Source: Octopus sinensis (taxonomy: Eukaryota). Taken from it: a stretch of DNA of 64,000 bases. Both the position numbers and the translations under genes were made by a program. The stretch spans positions 124,496,001-124,560,000 of the forward strand of contig NC_042997.1 of the NCBI RefSeq assembly GCF_006345805.1, given 5' to 3'. Below are positions 26,371-40,310 of this stretch, piece by piece. The notes below the pieces were generated by a model. That model did not search any database. It was not told the DNA's origin and saw only the letters and a list, made by a program, of their open reading frames with translations. Every line of letters begins with the position of its first letter. Position 1 is the stretch's first letter.

Positions 26371-26790
26371 GGGCTCTGGTCGCCATAGCGTCGACTGTGG
26401 GCCGGTGGCTATGTACAGTCGCCTCGATATCGCCCAGAGCGAGCTCTGGTTGCCATAGCGTCGACTGTGGGCCGGTGGCTGTGTACAGTCACCTCGATGT
26501 CACCCAGAGCGAGCTCTGGTCGCCATAGCGTCGACTGTGGGCCGGTGGCTGTGTACAGTCGCCTCGATGTCGCCTAGAGCGAGCTCTGGTCGCCATAGCG
26601 TCGACTGTGGGCCGTGGCTGTGTACAGTCGCCTCGAGGTCGCCTAGAGCGAGCTCTGGTCGCCATAGCGTCGACTGTGGGCCGATGGCTGTGTACAGTCG
26701 CCTCGATGTCGCCTAGAGCGAGCTCTGGTCGCCATAGCGTCGACTATGGACCGGTGGCTGTGTACAGTCGCCTCGATGCCGCCCAGAGCG
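26371..26790. repeat. GC-rich 70-bp minisatellite, six units, preceded by (CAAGC)n
   Basis: g(a/g)gctctggt starts at 26371, 26441, 26511, 26581, ~26650 and ~26720. Confidence 0.92.
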
Positions 26791-27593
26791 AAGTTTGAAT
26801 GAAATTGGTTGTGTAGGTCTCAAGTTTTGGGGATTCACACAGACAAACACATTCTCAGTGTTATATATATAGATATATGTGTATGTATATACATATACAT
26901 ATACGTACTTATAAAAACACACACATGCATTGAATTGAATAGAATGAATTGTGAAGAGCACTCAATGCATATAGTAGGGTAATGTTTTATTGAAATTTAC
27001 ATTGTATCTCATTGATTTGAGTTTTATACCAGGGAGATCTTCAAGCGAGAACTCTTTCGGTTGTTTATACATTTTTGTCAACGTTGATGTGATCTCCTGC
27101 TTATGACTTTTCGGTTGTGTGCATTTTGTGTTTATGCCTGTTTGTTATTTTTCTGTGATTCAATTGTAATTTTTTTCTTCTAACGAGACATATTTTTAAC
27201 TTACTTATACATTCTACATTAATTATTGTATTGATGACCGTTTTTGTTAGAGCTTTTTGTTAGTTTTTCAATTGTTAGGGTATTTTCACAATGTTTCTGA
27301 GTTAGCTTCCCCAAAACAAATTATGTGTTCCGTTAGGAAATATTCTGTTGTGGTTCTCATTGCTTGTGTATATTTCAAAGGGAGCATGCTTTGGCAAGTT
27401 TCATTTTTGTGTGTATGTGTACAAGTGTACAGGTGGTTATGCACGAGTGATTGTTTTCTGACGTAAATACTGTTCATGTGTGTATCAAGTTGATTGGTTA
27501 TGGCTAGTATAGTAAGTCATGAACCTGTATGAAAATATATGCATGTATGAGTGTGTGTGTGCGCGCGTGTGTATGTATATATGTACTTACACA

Positions 27594-27787
27594 TACGAGT
27601 TCCTAAGCCTGGGTAGAAGAAAATGCAGGAAAATCAATTAATTTTTATTTTATTCAACATATTCACAAACTTATTTTAGCGGCCCTTTATTTTTTTTTAA
27701 GCCCTGTAAAAGAACTCGGGAAGTTGAACTGCCAATTAGGCCTTTCACGATAGCCTTCAACTTGGAATTTTACAGCACACCCTTGTA
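27594..27787. mobile_element. Degenerate mariner-like MITE
   Basis: tacgag.. left end and ggaattttacagcacacccttgta right end, both with TA. Confidence 0.35.
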
Positions 27788-28432
27788 TATGTATGTGTGT
27801 ACGAATATTATTATTTGTAAACAACGTGGAAAGGACGTGCACAACAAATGGCGTACGACATATTGTTTATTACTCTGAGCTTTCGCTACTTGACTCTCAC
27901 GCTTCATGAGCTTCAGGTGTCGATTTTTTTTAGACCTTTCAAACTAGATTTGGTATACAATAACTATTTTTGTGTGTAGCTATACTTTTTTTTTAGTGAG
28001 AATATTTCTTTTGTTTTTTTAGTCTTTTATTTATATTTTCATTTGTGTAATTAAGTATTTCATGCGAGAGAGATATAAAATGATAGTGGGGAGAATGAGT
28101 TTGTGTTTGCGTGAATCTGTATTTAATTTGTTTAATTTGAAAGGTAGAGTGTGAATGTTTCTAATTTACCGTTTCATTTTCCATATATTTCGACTCTTGT
28201 GTATATGTACGAATCATGTACAGCATACAACTGATGCATTAAAATGTTGCCGGCCTTTAACAATCAGACACTCCAGAAAAAAAAAACTATCTTATTCACT
28301 ATATAGGATTACTTATATAGGAATCATCCCTCGAACCAACACCAGCGGAATTGAACCCACACTTTACAAGGAACAACTGAGATGTTTAAGAAATATCATG
28401 CGCCCGTCTGACTCATGCAGAAACTCACAATC

Positions 28433-28463
<31 letters not shown>

Positions 28464-29176
28464 CACACACGTACATGTAACCAGATTACAATTTTAAAAA
28501 ATACACTACAAATTTGAGAGATTTATCTAATATGAAGATTCTTGTCAGCATCACAGACAATGACAGCAAGTTACTTGAACATCAATGACTACAACTTAAG
28601 GTCTGCTAGTGATATTCAAAATAAAATAAATTATTCACAAACCTTAATTACTTTCTCCTTAATTACTGAATGTATAACACGATCGTTTTATTAATGCTGG
28701 TAACTATCCAGCTTTATACATATTTCCTTTCACGTTTCTTAATTTCCAATCGACCTACGTTCCACTGCATGAAATTAATGTCCACAATCTCTTCTACTGT
28801 CCTCATAATTTCTGGTTGTAATTATTATTTCTGGTTTAATTATCATTACTTTAACATTAAAATTAATAAAATCATTGTCACTATTACAATTATTATCATT
28901 ATTATTATTATCATTATACTTTTATAACCATGATCAGATGTAGAATGATTTAGAATAGTATAAATCTAACTCAGTGTTTGGTTTAGCAAGTGCTTTTATC
29001 AATCCCATGAATATAGACGGAAGGTGGAACGCAGATCCATAGCTTTCGAACTCTGACCGTAAAAAACGGAACTAAATAATGCCAGGCCTTTTTTATTTTC
29101 TTCGATGCTCTCCCGATTCTCTCTAGTCATTGTTATGCAGTGTAAGAATGTTTTGCTCGTTTTCCCATTAATATAT

Positions 29177-29398
29177 ATTTCTTTATTGCCCACAAGGGGC
29201 TAAACATAGAGCGGACAAACAAAGACAGACAAAGGGATTACATCGACCCCAGTGCGTAATTGGTACTTTATTTATCGACTCCTAAAGGATGAAAGGCAAA
29301 GTAGTCCTCGGCGGAATTTGAACTCAGAACGTAACGGCAAATGAAATACTGCTAAGCATTTCGCCCAGCGCGCCAACGTTTCTGCCAGCTCGCCGCCA
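29177..29398 (-). mobile_element. SINE family B
   Basis: Homologous to 13694-13931; approximate TSD ttttcc..ttaatatat. Confidence 0.78.
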
Positions 29399-30528
29399 TT
29401 TTCCGTTAATATATTAGCCCAAGGAAGAAGGTATGCAATATATATCTTCTTCCTCAGCCATTCCAGATGAAAGTGTAGTAACCAATACACATCCTGAATA
29501 TTTACTGATCATTATATGTTCGAAAATATATGAGGTCATACCCCAAAGCGCATGCTTGCTACAGGGTGAACTAGTCTTAAGGCAACCACGGCTGAACGTC
29601 ACAAGATATTTGTCATCCGTTTTAATAGTTCTAGTAAACTACAATCATCCTTAAGCTCTGTAACATATTAATCATTGAATTGCCTTTTTTTTTGTTTTTG
29701 TTTTTTTGTTTTTTTTTTAGGTTTTTCTTTTGTTGGTGGTGGTTTTGGAAGGCAAAAAAAGAAAACGTAATAAATTCAAGCTCAGAATGTAAAGTGACTA
29801 AAGTGATGTAACTAAATGGCACAATTCATTTAGGCAAGCCGTCTACTGTATCTATTTGGGGACACAGCGAGTTTTGAAGTTATGGAAGCAGAAGCAAAAC
29901 GAAGATGAAACATGTATGCATACTGAACACTAATTCTCCAAGCCAGCACATGCAGAATCACTAATTCTCATTTCCAGCACATGCAGAATCGGTGCAAGAA
30001 TACCAGTGCAAGAAAACTGTAAAAGGTTGCATGTGCCGCCGCTTAATCATAACCAATGATAAAACGGTTATACACTACAACGGAAAAGAAGCGAACACAC
30101 AAAGAATAGTCCACGCTGTATGAAAAATCTCCGGGAACAACCAAACGCAACTATGAATGCACCAATGCCCCATGTCGGCATGTAGAAGCCGAATCAGTTT
30201 GCACGCACACACACAGCCACAATTTCTGTCTCAGGGTTCATAATCACAGTCCACATCATGGCCACATAATACCCTCAGCGATCTGTATATACTTGGGGCC
30301 GCGATTCGAATTTGTTTAGTAATCGAATGGAGTTTACGGCAACAGAAATAACAGCGAAGTATCGATATCTGTTGTTCTCGTTTACTTCCAGGGCGACCCG
30401 TTTCAGCTGGCTTTGAAGTATACTGTTTCTTTAACTTAAAGGGACCCCGTTCCTGGATGAAACAATATAACCTAAAAGCGTTTAACAACAGACATATTTT
30501 TCACGTGACATTGATATATATATATATA

Positions 30529-31031
30529 TAGCAACGAATTGCCTCACCAACACACCGAATTTAGAAATATAGCTATATCCCAGTAGATGACCGCAGCATT
30601 TTGTCTTGGCTACACGCGGGTGGAAGGGGGCTGGTGACACAAACTTTCATTCACACTTTGAATTTCGTGGTACTGGTCATGCTTTGGCTCGCTCTGACAC
30701 TGAGTTGAGATAATGCCTTCTAGTATCTCAAAATTTAATATACAATTATTCATAATTGTAGTATCCTGCGCCGATGAGAAAAGAAGTTTGGGTAAGGTAG
30801 AATTTTCTAATTCTTATGCTTTCCTAAAACTTGATTTCGAAACGTACGTCCGTAGGTAACTTAAAATTGTATGATAGATTGCCGTCATTTCATTCTTTCT
30901 TTCTTACCTGTCTGTGTTTGCCTTTCAAGTGCTGTGTTTTTACTGAGATCCCCCTTTTAGTAGAAGGAATAGCTATATCTCTTTGACTGCTATTTCTAAA
31001 TTCGGTGTGTTGGTGAGGCAATTCGTTGCTA
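30529..31031 (+). mobile_element. Hammerhead-bearing element with ~40-bp inverted ends between (TA)n tracts
   Basis: tagcaacgaattgcctcaccaacacaccgaatttagaaata is an exact mirror of the right end. Confidence 0.8.
30765..30856 (+). ncRNA. Minimal type I hammerhead ribozyme motif (CCGAUGA core variant, long stem II)
   Basis: cctgcg CCGATGA gaaa..aagttt..agaatt-ttct-aattct..aaactt..tttc GAAAC gtac GTC cgtagg: 6-bp stem I, ACGTACGT palindrome. Confidence 0.78.
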
Positions 31032-34000
31032 AACCCTTAATTACTTAGTATTACTTATATATATATATATATATATTGGGAGAAGAGGACAACACCTCTG
31101 TTTCCAAGATTTGACGATACCTTGCTATTCAAAAATAATATATATTGTGTATCACAAAATATTACTATATTATCAAAGGAACCAATAGGTTTGGCAATTA
31201 ATTATTCTCACCATTCTGAAGAAAAATGTATAACAACTAAATAATAAGATATCATATGAATTCAAAGACAAAGGGAGAGGCAATTATGCGTACGATTTTA
31301 TAAATATCGCTAATAAGCAAAAACTGTCACTTGAGTTTCTTTCACATCATGGTTAAGAATTTGAATGAAAGACAAAATGTTTATAATGAAATGATATTTG
31401 ATTTCTTGAAGAAAAAAAATATATAATCATCTCATTTGTATGTAGAGAGAAGCGAAATGTATTTCTAGTCAAATAGAACGGAAGTAAACTGTACAAGAAC
31501 TGTCAGTTTTTAAAGTACAGGGAATTATATTTTCTTGTAATGAAATTAGTTAATGGTGTCACATAACAAGTTCCTCTAAGAAACTCCCTAAAAGGTGATA
31601 GAGTAGTCCATTAATTATGGCGGCCATTTTAAGCAAATTTCTTTACAGTCGGAGAATTTTCTCAAAGTATTATCTTATTTTATTTTAGTTTTGTTTTTAT
31701 CTATGCCTAAACCTTTGTGCCTTCGGACTTTTCGTTCAAAAATTCATCAGAGAATTTTAAGTATGACAAATGAAATCGTATATTTAAAGTGAAAGAAGAC
31801 ACGAAGGTTTGAATTTGCAAATTCGAATTTCGATACAGAAGAAAATGTTTTTAAATTTTTAAAACCCAGAGCGTATAAGGTGAAAATAAATAGTTAATCA
31901 TAATTTCCAAAATTTAATTTCTTAGAAATCCCCAAAGTTCTTGAATCGCCTATAGAGAAGACGAAGCTTTCCAAAATGTGTAATATGAACTGAAGACAAA
32001 AATAAACGTTGCGATCATTGCAACATAAATTAGATCAAATATCGAATGTGACTCTCATATGTTGTCTGAAATGAACCTTTCTGAAGACTGCTTTAATGTT
32101 TTAATATTTTAGACTATTAACCTTTCAGAAAGCCATCTGTTAGATTTGTTTCATCCTGTGCTTCTATCTTACAGCGTGTCTGTTAATTACAGACATAAGC
32201 CATATATTCTGATGGTACCTATTCATGACTTTGATCTATGGAAGCAGCATCAGATCAAAGCCACAATTATTGACATTTCGGTGAACAGACTGATATTATC
32301 GTAATGCCACAATCAGTTACAAGAATCTAAGGTGCTAAGAAGTATATATTCGCTTGATGTAGCCTTTATGTGGTCATTCGATTAGATAGAAATAGTAGCC
32401 AAACCCCCTGTGTCATATATTTCTGATATTAATGATGGACAAATTTAAACAAATTTACAAATTAATAGGTATGTCATCTTTGGAACACTCTCTCTCCATT
32501 ATTAGTTTTTGTTATTGGTTCCCAGCGCTTTGTGCGATCGAAGTGTGTACTGTTATGACATTTGGTGTGGCTTGAGCATGCTAAAAAGTTAGAGTACATC
32601 TCTCTTTAGATCTGACCACAAGTGATTTCTTCAGGAAAGCCAGCAAGAGAAAGAAGCGATAGACGGGAGAAGAATCGACAACAGGCTGGACTATATTTCA
32701 ATTACGTTCCCGAAAGAGATGGAATACAAAGTTAACCTCAGGGTACAGAGAACTGGAATGAATACTGCAAGACACTCTAACAAACATTCCATCGCCTCTG
32801 CCAATTCGCTTCTTAAAAGTTACTTCTCTGTAGTACGATGTAACTTCTAAGGCCGTTTACATAAATTTCTTCAGTCAAGATCCACCTAGAGCTAAACCAT
32901 AACGGCGTATTTCCTGGAGAGCTGAATTCTTAGTCCGATAAGTAAACGGTTGAATTTCGATAAGGTAAAGGAAGTTGTGTCAGAGATGAAATAAATCGAC
33001 TTAGCTTTACCTACTTGATGATGGTTATTTCTAATACTAACAAAATGGGGAGGGGCTACTCTCAATTAATCAAACAGAGTACTCGACTATTGTTTATTTT
33101 AAGTATTCCTGAAGCATGAACGGAGGGAAAAAAAGACTTATCGACTCCGTTGGGATTTGAGTTCTGAACATGAAGAGACGCATCCACGTACGAAAAAGCA
33201 ATAACTCTGTCACTGCCGATTCTGTCGCACCACTAGTCATTAATAATATCATTATTTTTAATTGTTTGGAACCTTTACAACTTCATTTTATGAAGTAGTA
33301 GACTGAGATTGAGAAATTGGGTTGGCGTTGGACATAGAAAAACAAATTAAATAAGTGGTTTACGATATCTAGTCCACTATATCACTTTATCTAAATTTAG
33401 AATAGGTTAGGCTACATGCTCTTTCAGAAATTAAATGAGAAGAATCAGCGTCATACATTGAGAGACTTGTCTCCGTGTTTCAGTACATGGGTTGTAAGTG
33501 AACGATGTTCTTAACAAATCCCTGTGGAACATGAAAATAAATAAATCAACTTTTTGCTTCAAATAATGTTCATATCATAGCCTGTTTAACTGCGAAATTT
33601 CATTGTATTAAGTGATCTCTCATCTTCGCTTCCCTTTTAGCTTTACTGAATTTTACATTGTTTTGTAGCTTTTTTTGTTTTTGCCTTTTTATATTTGATC
33701 TGAACTTCGCCACATTTTATAAGACTGCTCTTATGGATACATTCTCTACATATATATTATACTAGCTTTAAATAAATATTAAATATATAGATGGACATTA
33801 AAAAAATATTCCAGACAAAATGAGTTCCTTTTTTAAAAGAAACGAAAATATATCTAGATCGATTCTTCTACGAGTAATTCAGTGCCAAAATTGGTGCCAA
33901 AATGATATTAATGTGTCTGCAATGCGAAGAAATAGAAAAATAAATTCCGTATTTTTTCTACCTTTTTGTAGTAAGTTTTTATTACCTCTAGACAATTTTG

Positions 34001-36046
34001 TTTCGCAGTGATGTTTACTTTATTACTACATAGTAACAACAACAACAACTATAATAATAATAATAATGTTTTCTTTGATAATAATGATAATAATTTCATT
34101 TATTTGCCACCAGGGCCCATTCATTCGTATAAAACTGTGTTACAAGATGGTTACAGAAAGCGTGGAGATGTACGCAATTATATAGAAGCCAGGTGGGGAC
34201 ATCAGACAATGTATACAGACGTATTAAAAGACCGATTCAAATAATTACAGATCAGATACCAAGAATAGACATATGTGCGTGTGTCTATGTGTGTATATAT
34301 GCATATATCTGCCTGAATATATATATACATTATATGTATATATCTAATGGAGTTGTACATATACCCATATAATATGTAACCGGAACATTACAACTCTATT
34401 CTCTCTCACTATCATACATTCTCTCTTTCTTCCCTCCTCTCTCCCTCCCTCTCTCCCCTCTCTCTCTCTCTGAAGTAGAAAAAGAGAACTTATATCACAC
34501 ACTACACCTCATACCAGACATTCTTTAACATATTGAAATAGATAGTAACTCATACCTCTTGTTGCCGCTTACAAAAAACACCGCGCAAAAGAAAAGAAAA
34601 AAGTTTGAGCGAGAGAAGGAGAGAACGTTTCGTTTCTCTGATGCAAGTGTATCGTCTGGGCTTTCTGTATCAGTGTCTAACAATATTTCTCATATGGAAG
34701 GCAAAATGATACTCTACCTTCCCAGCCGAATGCCACAGCGGGCCATCGACGTAGACACTGAAGTTTTACTGCGGCAGTAGTTCTTTCGCTCACCCCTAAA
34801 ATATTGAACAAAGTATCGCTTCAATGTTGCATACATCTACTTGCAATAGAGTTGTACTATTTTCTTTCCGACAAAGATGGAGCTTGGACTATATTCCTGC
34901 TGTACACCCCTTCCATTCAAGCTTTCGATTCAACGTGACTTCGAACATATACTGACTTCGAGCACATACTCTCATTCTGATGATGCAAACTTTAAATTTT
35001 TTATTGTAGAAATTGCTGAAAGCCAATTTCGTTGTTAGCTCGTTGGTAGTCAAGCATTTTCTAAACACTTCTTCTAATTTGTTCACTAGCGCCTTCTCCA
35101 AACTATTTTTTCTATTGTTACGTCTTTGCTAAATCCTATCGATTTTTCTCTAATCATTCTTGTTGCTTGCTCCGCCACTTGTTGATTGCTCCGCCAACTT
35201 CCGCGTTACTATTTCGTAACCCGGATACAGTAGTCATTTTACACCCATTTCGATGCGTTCTTCATCCAGTAACCTAGCCCTATCTGGGTTGACCGTGCAG
35301 AAAGCAAACTAGTGATCTGTGTAACCGACTGATTCGTCAATAAATGTGCAGTTAACATACTAGATCAATGACCCAATCTGGCTTATCTTTGTTCATACTG
35401 GAACATATGGCAAACTCAGTTGGTACATGTCATACAGTTGGAAGAGTTTAATCAGTAAATTCAACGCAATTCCAGTTTGCATCACAAATCCCAATCCAAT
35501 CTCAAGCTAGTACAAAAATCGGGGCTGTTCCCATGTAGGCTTTTAATCGCATAAAGAACTAATGCTACCTTTCCAACAATCGGAGCTTACATGACCATAT
35601 CTGCAGACAGCACATTTCTTGTCGTTCATATTTAGCACTACTGACTTATCGTCCAGATTCATAATACTCACATGACTTGGGAACAACTATGAAGTGAATC
35701 ATTGAGCAAAGATTTCAGGTCTCTATAAAAGAAGGGTATCCATCAGCATTATTAGATGACAGCAAATTATGCATATAGCTGTGGAGGTTGGGTGAGAGTA
35801 TCGTGTGGAAAATATCATGAGCTCCGATACAGACGGGCGTCTTAAGGTTACGGTGATTGCATTTAAAGCAGTCTTATTTTTAATCAGAAGAACTCGGCGT
35901 TTCTTCGTGATATACATGTACATGCATATGTATATATATATATGTATATGTTTTGACATATGAGTGTGTGTGTGTGCATATGTATGTTTATATGTATGTG
36001 TGTATTCACATGTATACATATATATGTATATGTATGTGTGTGTGTA

Positions 36047-36290
<244 letters not shown>

Positions 36291-36828
36291 AGTACTCCGT
36301 TAGAAATAGTAATTTTCAATCGCTTGTACTCTTCAAAGTGCATTTTCGCCATTAATATAGTTGTACAGCATTATAGCATGAAGATGCTCTCACACACGTA
36401 TACACGTGTAAATATGTGTGTGTGTGCGTATGTGCACGCGTGAGTGTGTGTGTGTATGTGAAGTCACTTTATAGCAATATGTAATTGTGATTTCCTTCTA
36501 ATTCCCATGATGATAATAATAGCCAGAGCAGTATCATGTTTTGTGTTCTAAGTGTGATTTTTTTACTTCCTGAAAAGAGATGTTTTCGTCAGTGGGGATT
36601 TAGTGGTTTTGACTAATAACATCAAAGATGTTATTTTGTTTCAACCCTCATTCATATATCCCAAGAGTCTGTTGAATTTTTCATTTACTATCACTTTTTT
36701 TTTTCGGCATTAGTTAGTGTTTTATTTCTTTGCTAGAAATTATATGGTTTACAACATGTTACAAGTTAGTAAGCATTTTCATATCGGTTTAGTTTAGAAT
36801 GATCACAGAATAGTTATAGTGAAATCAT

Positions 36829-37113
36829 TTTTTGTTCTTTTTTTGTGCGCTTTCCCGGTTTCTGTGGCGTATGTGTTCTCCCCAGCTGGACGGGACGCCA
36901 GTCCATCGCAGCGTTACTCAAGAAACAGGGAGAAAGAGTGAGAGAAAGTTGGGGCGGAAGAGTACAACAGGGGGCGCCACCATCCCCTGCCGGAGCTTTG
37001 TGGAGCTTTAGGTGTTTTCGCTCAAGAACATACACAACGCCCGGTCTGGGAATCGAAACAGCGATCCTCCGGCCGTGAGTCCGTTGCTCTAATCACTGGG
37101 CCATTGCGCCTCC
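36829..37113 (-). mobile_element. SINE family C with 13-bp TSD
   Basis: ggaggcgcaatggcccagtg head on minus strand. TSD atagtgaaatcat at 36816 and 37114. Confidence 0.8.
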
Positions 37114-38174
37114 ATAGTGAAATCATACTTAATAGTTATAACAAATTGGCAGAGTCAATAGAGTGGCAGAATGACTTATTTCCTCCTGTTCTGAGATAAA
37201 ATCCCGCCAAGACTGATATTATTCGACATCATTTCCAGAACGATAAATAAAGCAACACTGAGTTGTTGTTGTTGTTGTTGTTCTTCTTCTTCTTCTTCTT
37301 TTTCTTCTTCTTCTTCTTCTTCTTCTTCTTCTTCTTCTTCTTCTTCTTCTTCTTCTTCTTCTTCTTCTTCTTCTTCTTTTCTTCTTCTTTTCTTCTTCTT
37401 CTTCTTCTTCTTCTTCTTCTTCTCTTCTTCTTCTTCTTCTTCTTCTTCTCTTCTCTTCTTCTTCTTCTTCTTCTTCTCTTCTTCTTCTTTCGATCTCTTG
37501 CTCTGGTGTACGATCGACGAAATTCCTTGTGATGAGACCACTAAAGTATTCAGCTCCATCAGTTTTAATATATCCAAAGTATGACATCTTTCACGACTGA
37601 CAGAGAGAGGCCTTAGAAATCAAACCAGGAGTTGTAGGACCAAGAAAAGATGGAACAGGGGAGCATGCTTTAAAACATATAGCTGCAAAATAATAATTCT
37701 ATTGGGGTGACGACTTCCAAATATTTTTGGAAATTTACATCCAGTTGCAAGAGCTAATTATCTTGGACAGCGGAAAAAAGTTATATCCTTCGCATGGCTT
37801 TTTGAGTGTAATACAAAACTAATGATAAAAATAAAGGCAATACATTCTTCTGATGTTAGCATTGATCGACCAAAAGATAAGGGCCATAAATCTGTGAATA
37901 AGTTCAAGGGTTGATTCGTGACAAGTAAAATGTACAGAAAATTAAACTTCTGATGCAGGAAAAGATTTGGAGAATGTTGACAAATAGTCTTATGATATTT
38001 ATATGATGGACTTTCTGAAATTATTTCGCATTATAATTCAAATGTTATTCAATTACAATAATAATAAATATGTAAACTCAATAAATACGTAATAAACTAT
38101 TAAATAATATTTTCACGTGGTGAACTCGATTGATCTTCGATAAAAAAGATTTTTGTTATGTATCTTTGCATCAA

Positions 38175-38214
<40 letters not shown>

Positions 38215-38315
38215 TATTGTTGGTGTTCTTGTGGTTCTTATTTCTGGCGGCGTTGTAGCGTTCGTACTCGTTGCATATTATTGTATTAGCAATAGGAATA
38301 TGATTAAGTATGAAG

Positions 38316-38377
<62 letters not shown>

Positions 38378-38653
38378 AGGTACTCTTGTTGAGAATACAG
38401 CTTTAAAATAGCGCAAATATGTCATTGCATTCTGCACATCAACCTGATGGGATTAGCTTCAACAAATGTCACAAGCCTTCACCGTCAGCATTGACATGAC
38501 TATTGACAATGGAGATTTCAGCCACAAAAAGCAGCAGCAGCAGCAGTAGTAGTAGTAGCAGCAGTAGTAGTAGTAGTAGTAGTAGTAGTAGGTGTTGCTG
38601 CTGTGGTTGTGGTTGCTGCTGCTACTGTTGCTCTTGTACCTACAGCACAGTGT

Positions 38654-39015
38654 GGAGGTGCAATGGCCCAGTGGTTAGAGCAGCGGATTCGCGGTCGTAG
38701 GATCGCGGATTCGATTCCCAGACCGAGCGTTGTGAGTGTTTATTGAGCGAAAACACATAAAGCCCCACGAAGTTCCGGCGGGGGTTGGTGGCGAACCCTG
38801 CTGTACTCTTTCGCCACAACTTTCTCTCTGTCTTCCTGCTTCTGTTGTACCTGTATTTCAAAAGGCCAGCCTTGTCACACTGAATCTACCCGAGAACTAA
38901 GTTAAGGATACACGTGTCTGTGGAGTGTTCAACCTCTCGCACGTTAATTTCACGAGCAGGCTGTTCTGTTGATCTGATCAACTGGAACTCTCGTCGTTAC
39001 AACTGACGGAGTGTC
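38654..39015 (+). mobile_element. SINE family C
   Basis: ggaggtgcaatggcccagtggttagagcagcgg..ggattcgattcc with A and B boxes. Confidence 0.78.
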
Positions 39016-39265
39016 ACAGTACTAATATCATTACTTAAGCTTATACATTACCGGTCTTAGTCACTGAATTGTGACCATCCTGGGGCACCGCTTTCATAGA
39101 AAACTAGACAAACAGCAAGAATCTACTATTTGCAGACATCTCACCTTACTCAAATCTATTCAAAAGTCAGTTATTCTTTTCTACTCTAGGCACAGGGCTC
39201 GAAATTTTTGAGGAGGAGGTCAGTCGATTAGATCTACCTCAGTACGCAACTGGTATTTAATTTAT

Positions 39266-39497
39266 CGGCGAGCTGGCAGATACGTTAGCGCGCCGGGCGA
39301 AATGCTTAGCAGTATTTCGTCTGCCGCTACGTTCTGAGTTCAAATTTCGCCGAGGTCGACTTTGCCTTTCATCCTTTCGGGGTCGATTAAATAAGTACCA
39401 GTTACGCACTGGGGTCGATATAATCGACTTAATCCGTTTGTCTGTCCTTGTTTCTCCCCTCTGTGTGTAGCCCCTTGTGGGTAGTAAAGAAATTGGT
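39266..39497 (+). mobile_element. SINE family B nested in an older related copy
   Basis: Full ggcgagctggcaga.. body flanked by the duplicated tggtatttaatttatcg. Confidence 0.8.
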
Positions 39498-39589
39498 ATT
39501 TAATTTATCGACTTCGAAGATATCACCAACATCATAAGTAGTTGACCGAAAATGTCATCACAGTATAATCTGCCGATGAGGCACGATGT

Positions 39590-40310
39590 TGTAGCTTAGG
39601 ATACTGAATAACGAGATACGTCGGAAAGATAACCTGAGGGACAAAAAAATAAGAACCCACTGTAGGGTGGAAGCCATAGCCACTCACAATAAAAAGGAGT
39701 ACTGATGGAATGTCCCAGTGATAACCTCAATAAAATGTAAACACAATAGAACTAACATAATGATTTGGGATAAAGAAGCGAAACTGTGTATAGTTGTGGA
39801 AATCAGCTGCCAGCGGCTGTTGACATAATTCTAAAGATCTGTGTAAAAGAGAATACCTACGCTGAACTTTTGAGAAATTTGCAGCTACCTTATCCAGATT
39901 ATAAGTTCAGGCTTGTACCTGTAATTACCGTGGCAGTGGAATACGTAACACACTACCTAAATACCAATCATGAGAAATTAGGCTTCTCAAACTAAAAAGG
40001 AGAAAGCTGATTCGAAGACTACAGATCCAATCCATCACTGGAACTGTAAATATCTGTAAAACTTACCAGAAGTTTATCATTTAAGTATATATGAGCATGT
40101 TTAGATACGTAATTGTATACATGAGAATACGTTTATAAAACATACAAATTTGCACATAGATACATACATACATACATACATACATACATACATACATACA
40201 TACATACATACATACATACATACATGCAAACATACTCAGTCGATGTTGAAATTCCAATGAAGGAGCCTTGGATCTAGCTTAGAAACTCGTTCTTTCTCTA
40301 TTGACAAGAA
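39590..40310 (+). mobile_element. RLE-type (R4/Dong/NeSL-like) non-LTR retrotransposon 3' remnant
   Basis: Degenerate HNRTNIMIWDKEAKLCIVVEISC..KENTYAELLRNLQL.YPDYKF..VPVI, matching the 'PD-(D/E)..K..KY' restriction-like endonuclease domain. Confidence 0.7.

Noticed and set aside
26371-26790. CRISPR-like array
   Set aside because: Units are contiguous with no unique spacers, the context is eukaryotic and there are no cas genes.
34560-35850. Non-repetitive-looking stretch with short ORFs
   Set aside because: No recognisable motif or splice-consistent exon; possibly an old transposon remnant but unsupported.
38654-38730. tRNA gene (also other A/B-box heads)
   Set aside because: These are tRNA-like SINE heads continuing into repeat bodies, some with TSDs; I could not build a complete cloverleaf.
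40247-40300. Hammerhead-like ccaatgaag..gaaac downstream of the RLE LINE remnant
   Set aside because: The core lacks C(U/C)GA and there is no clear stem I or cleavage triplet.
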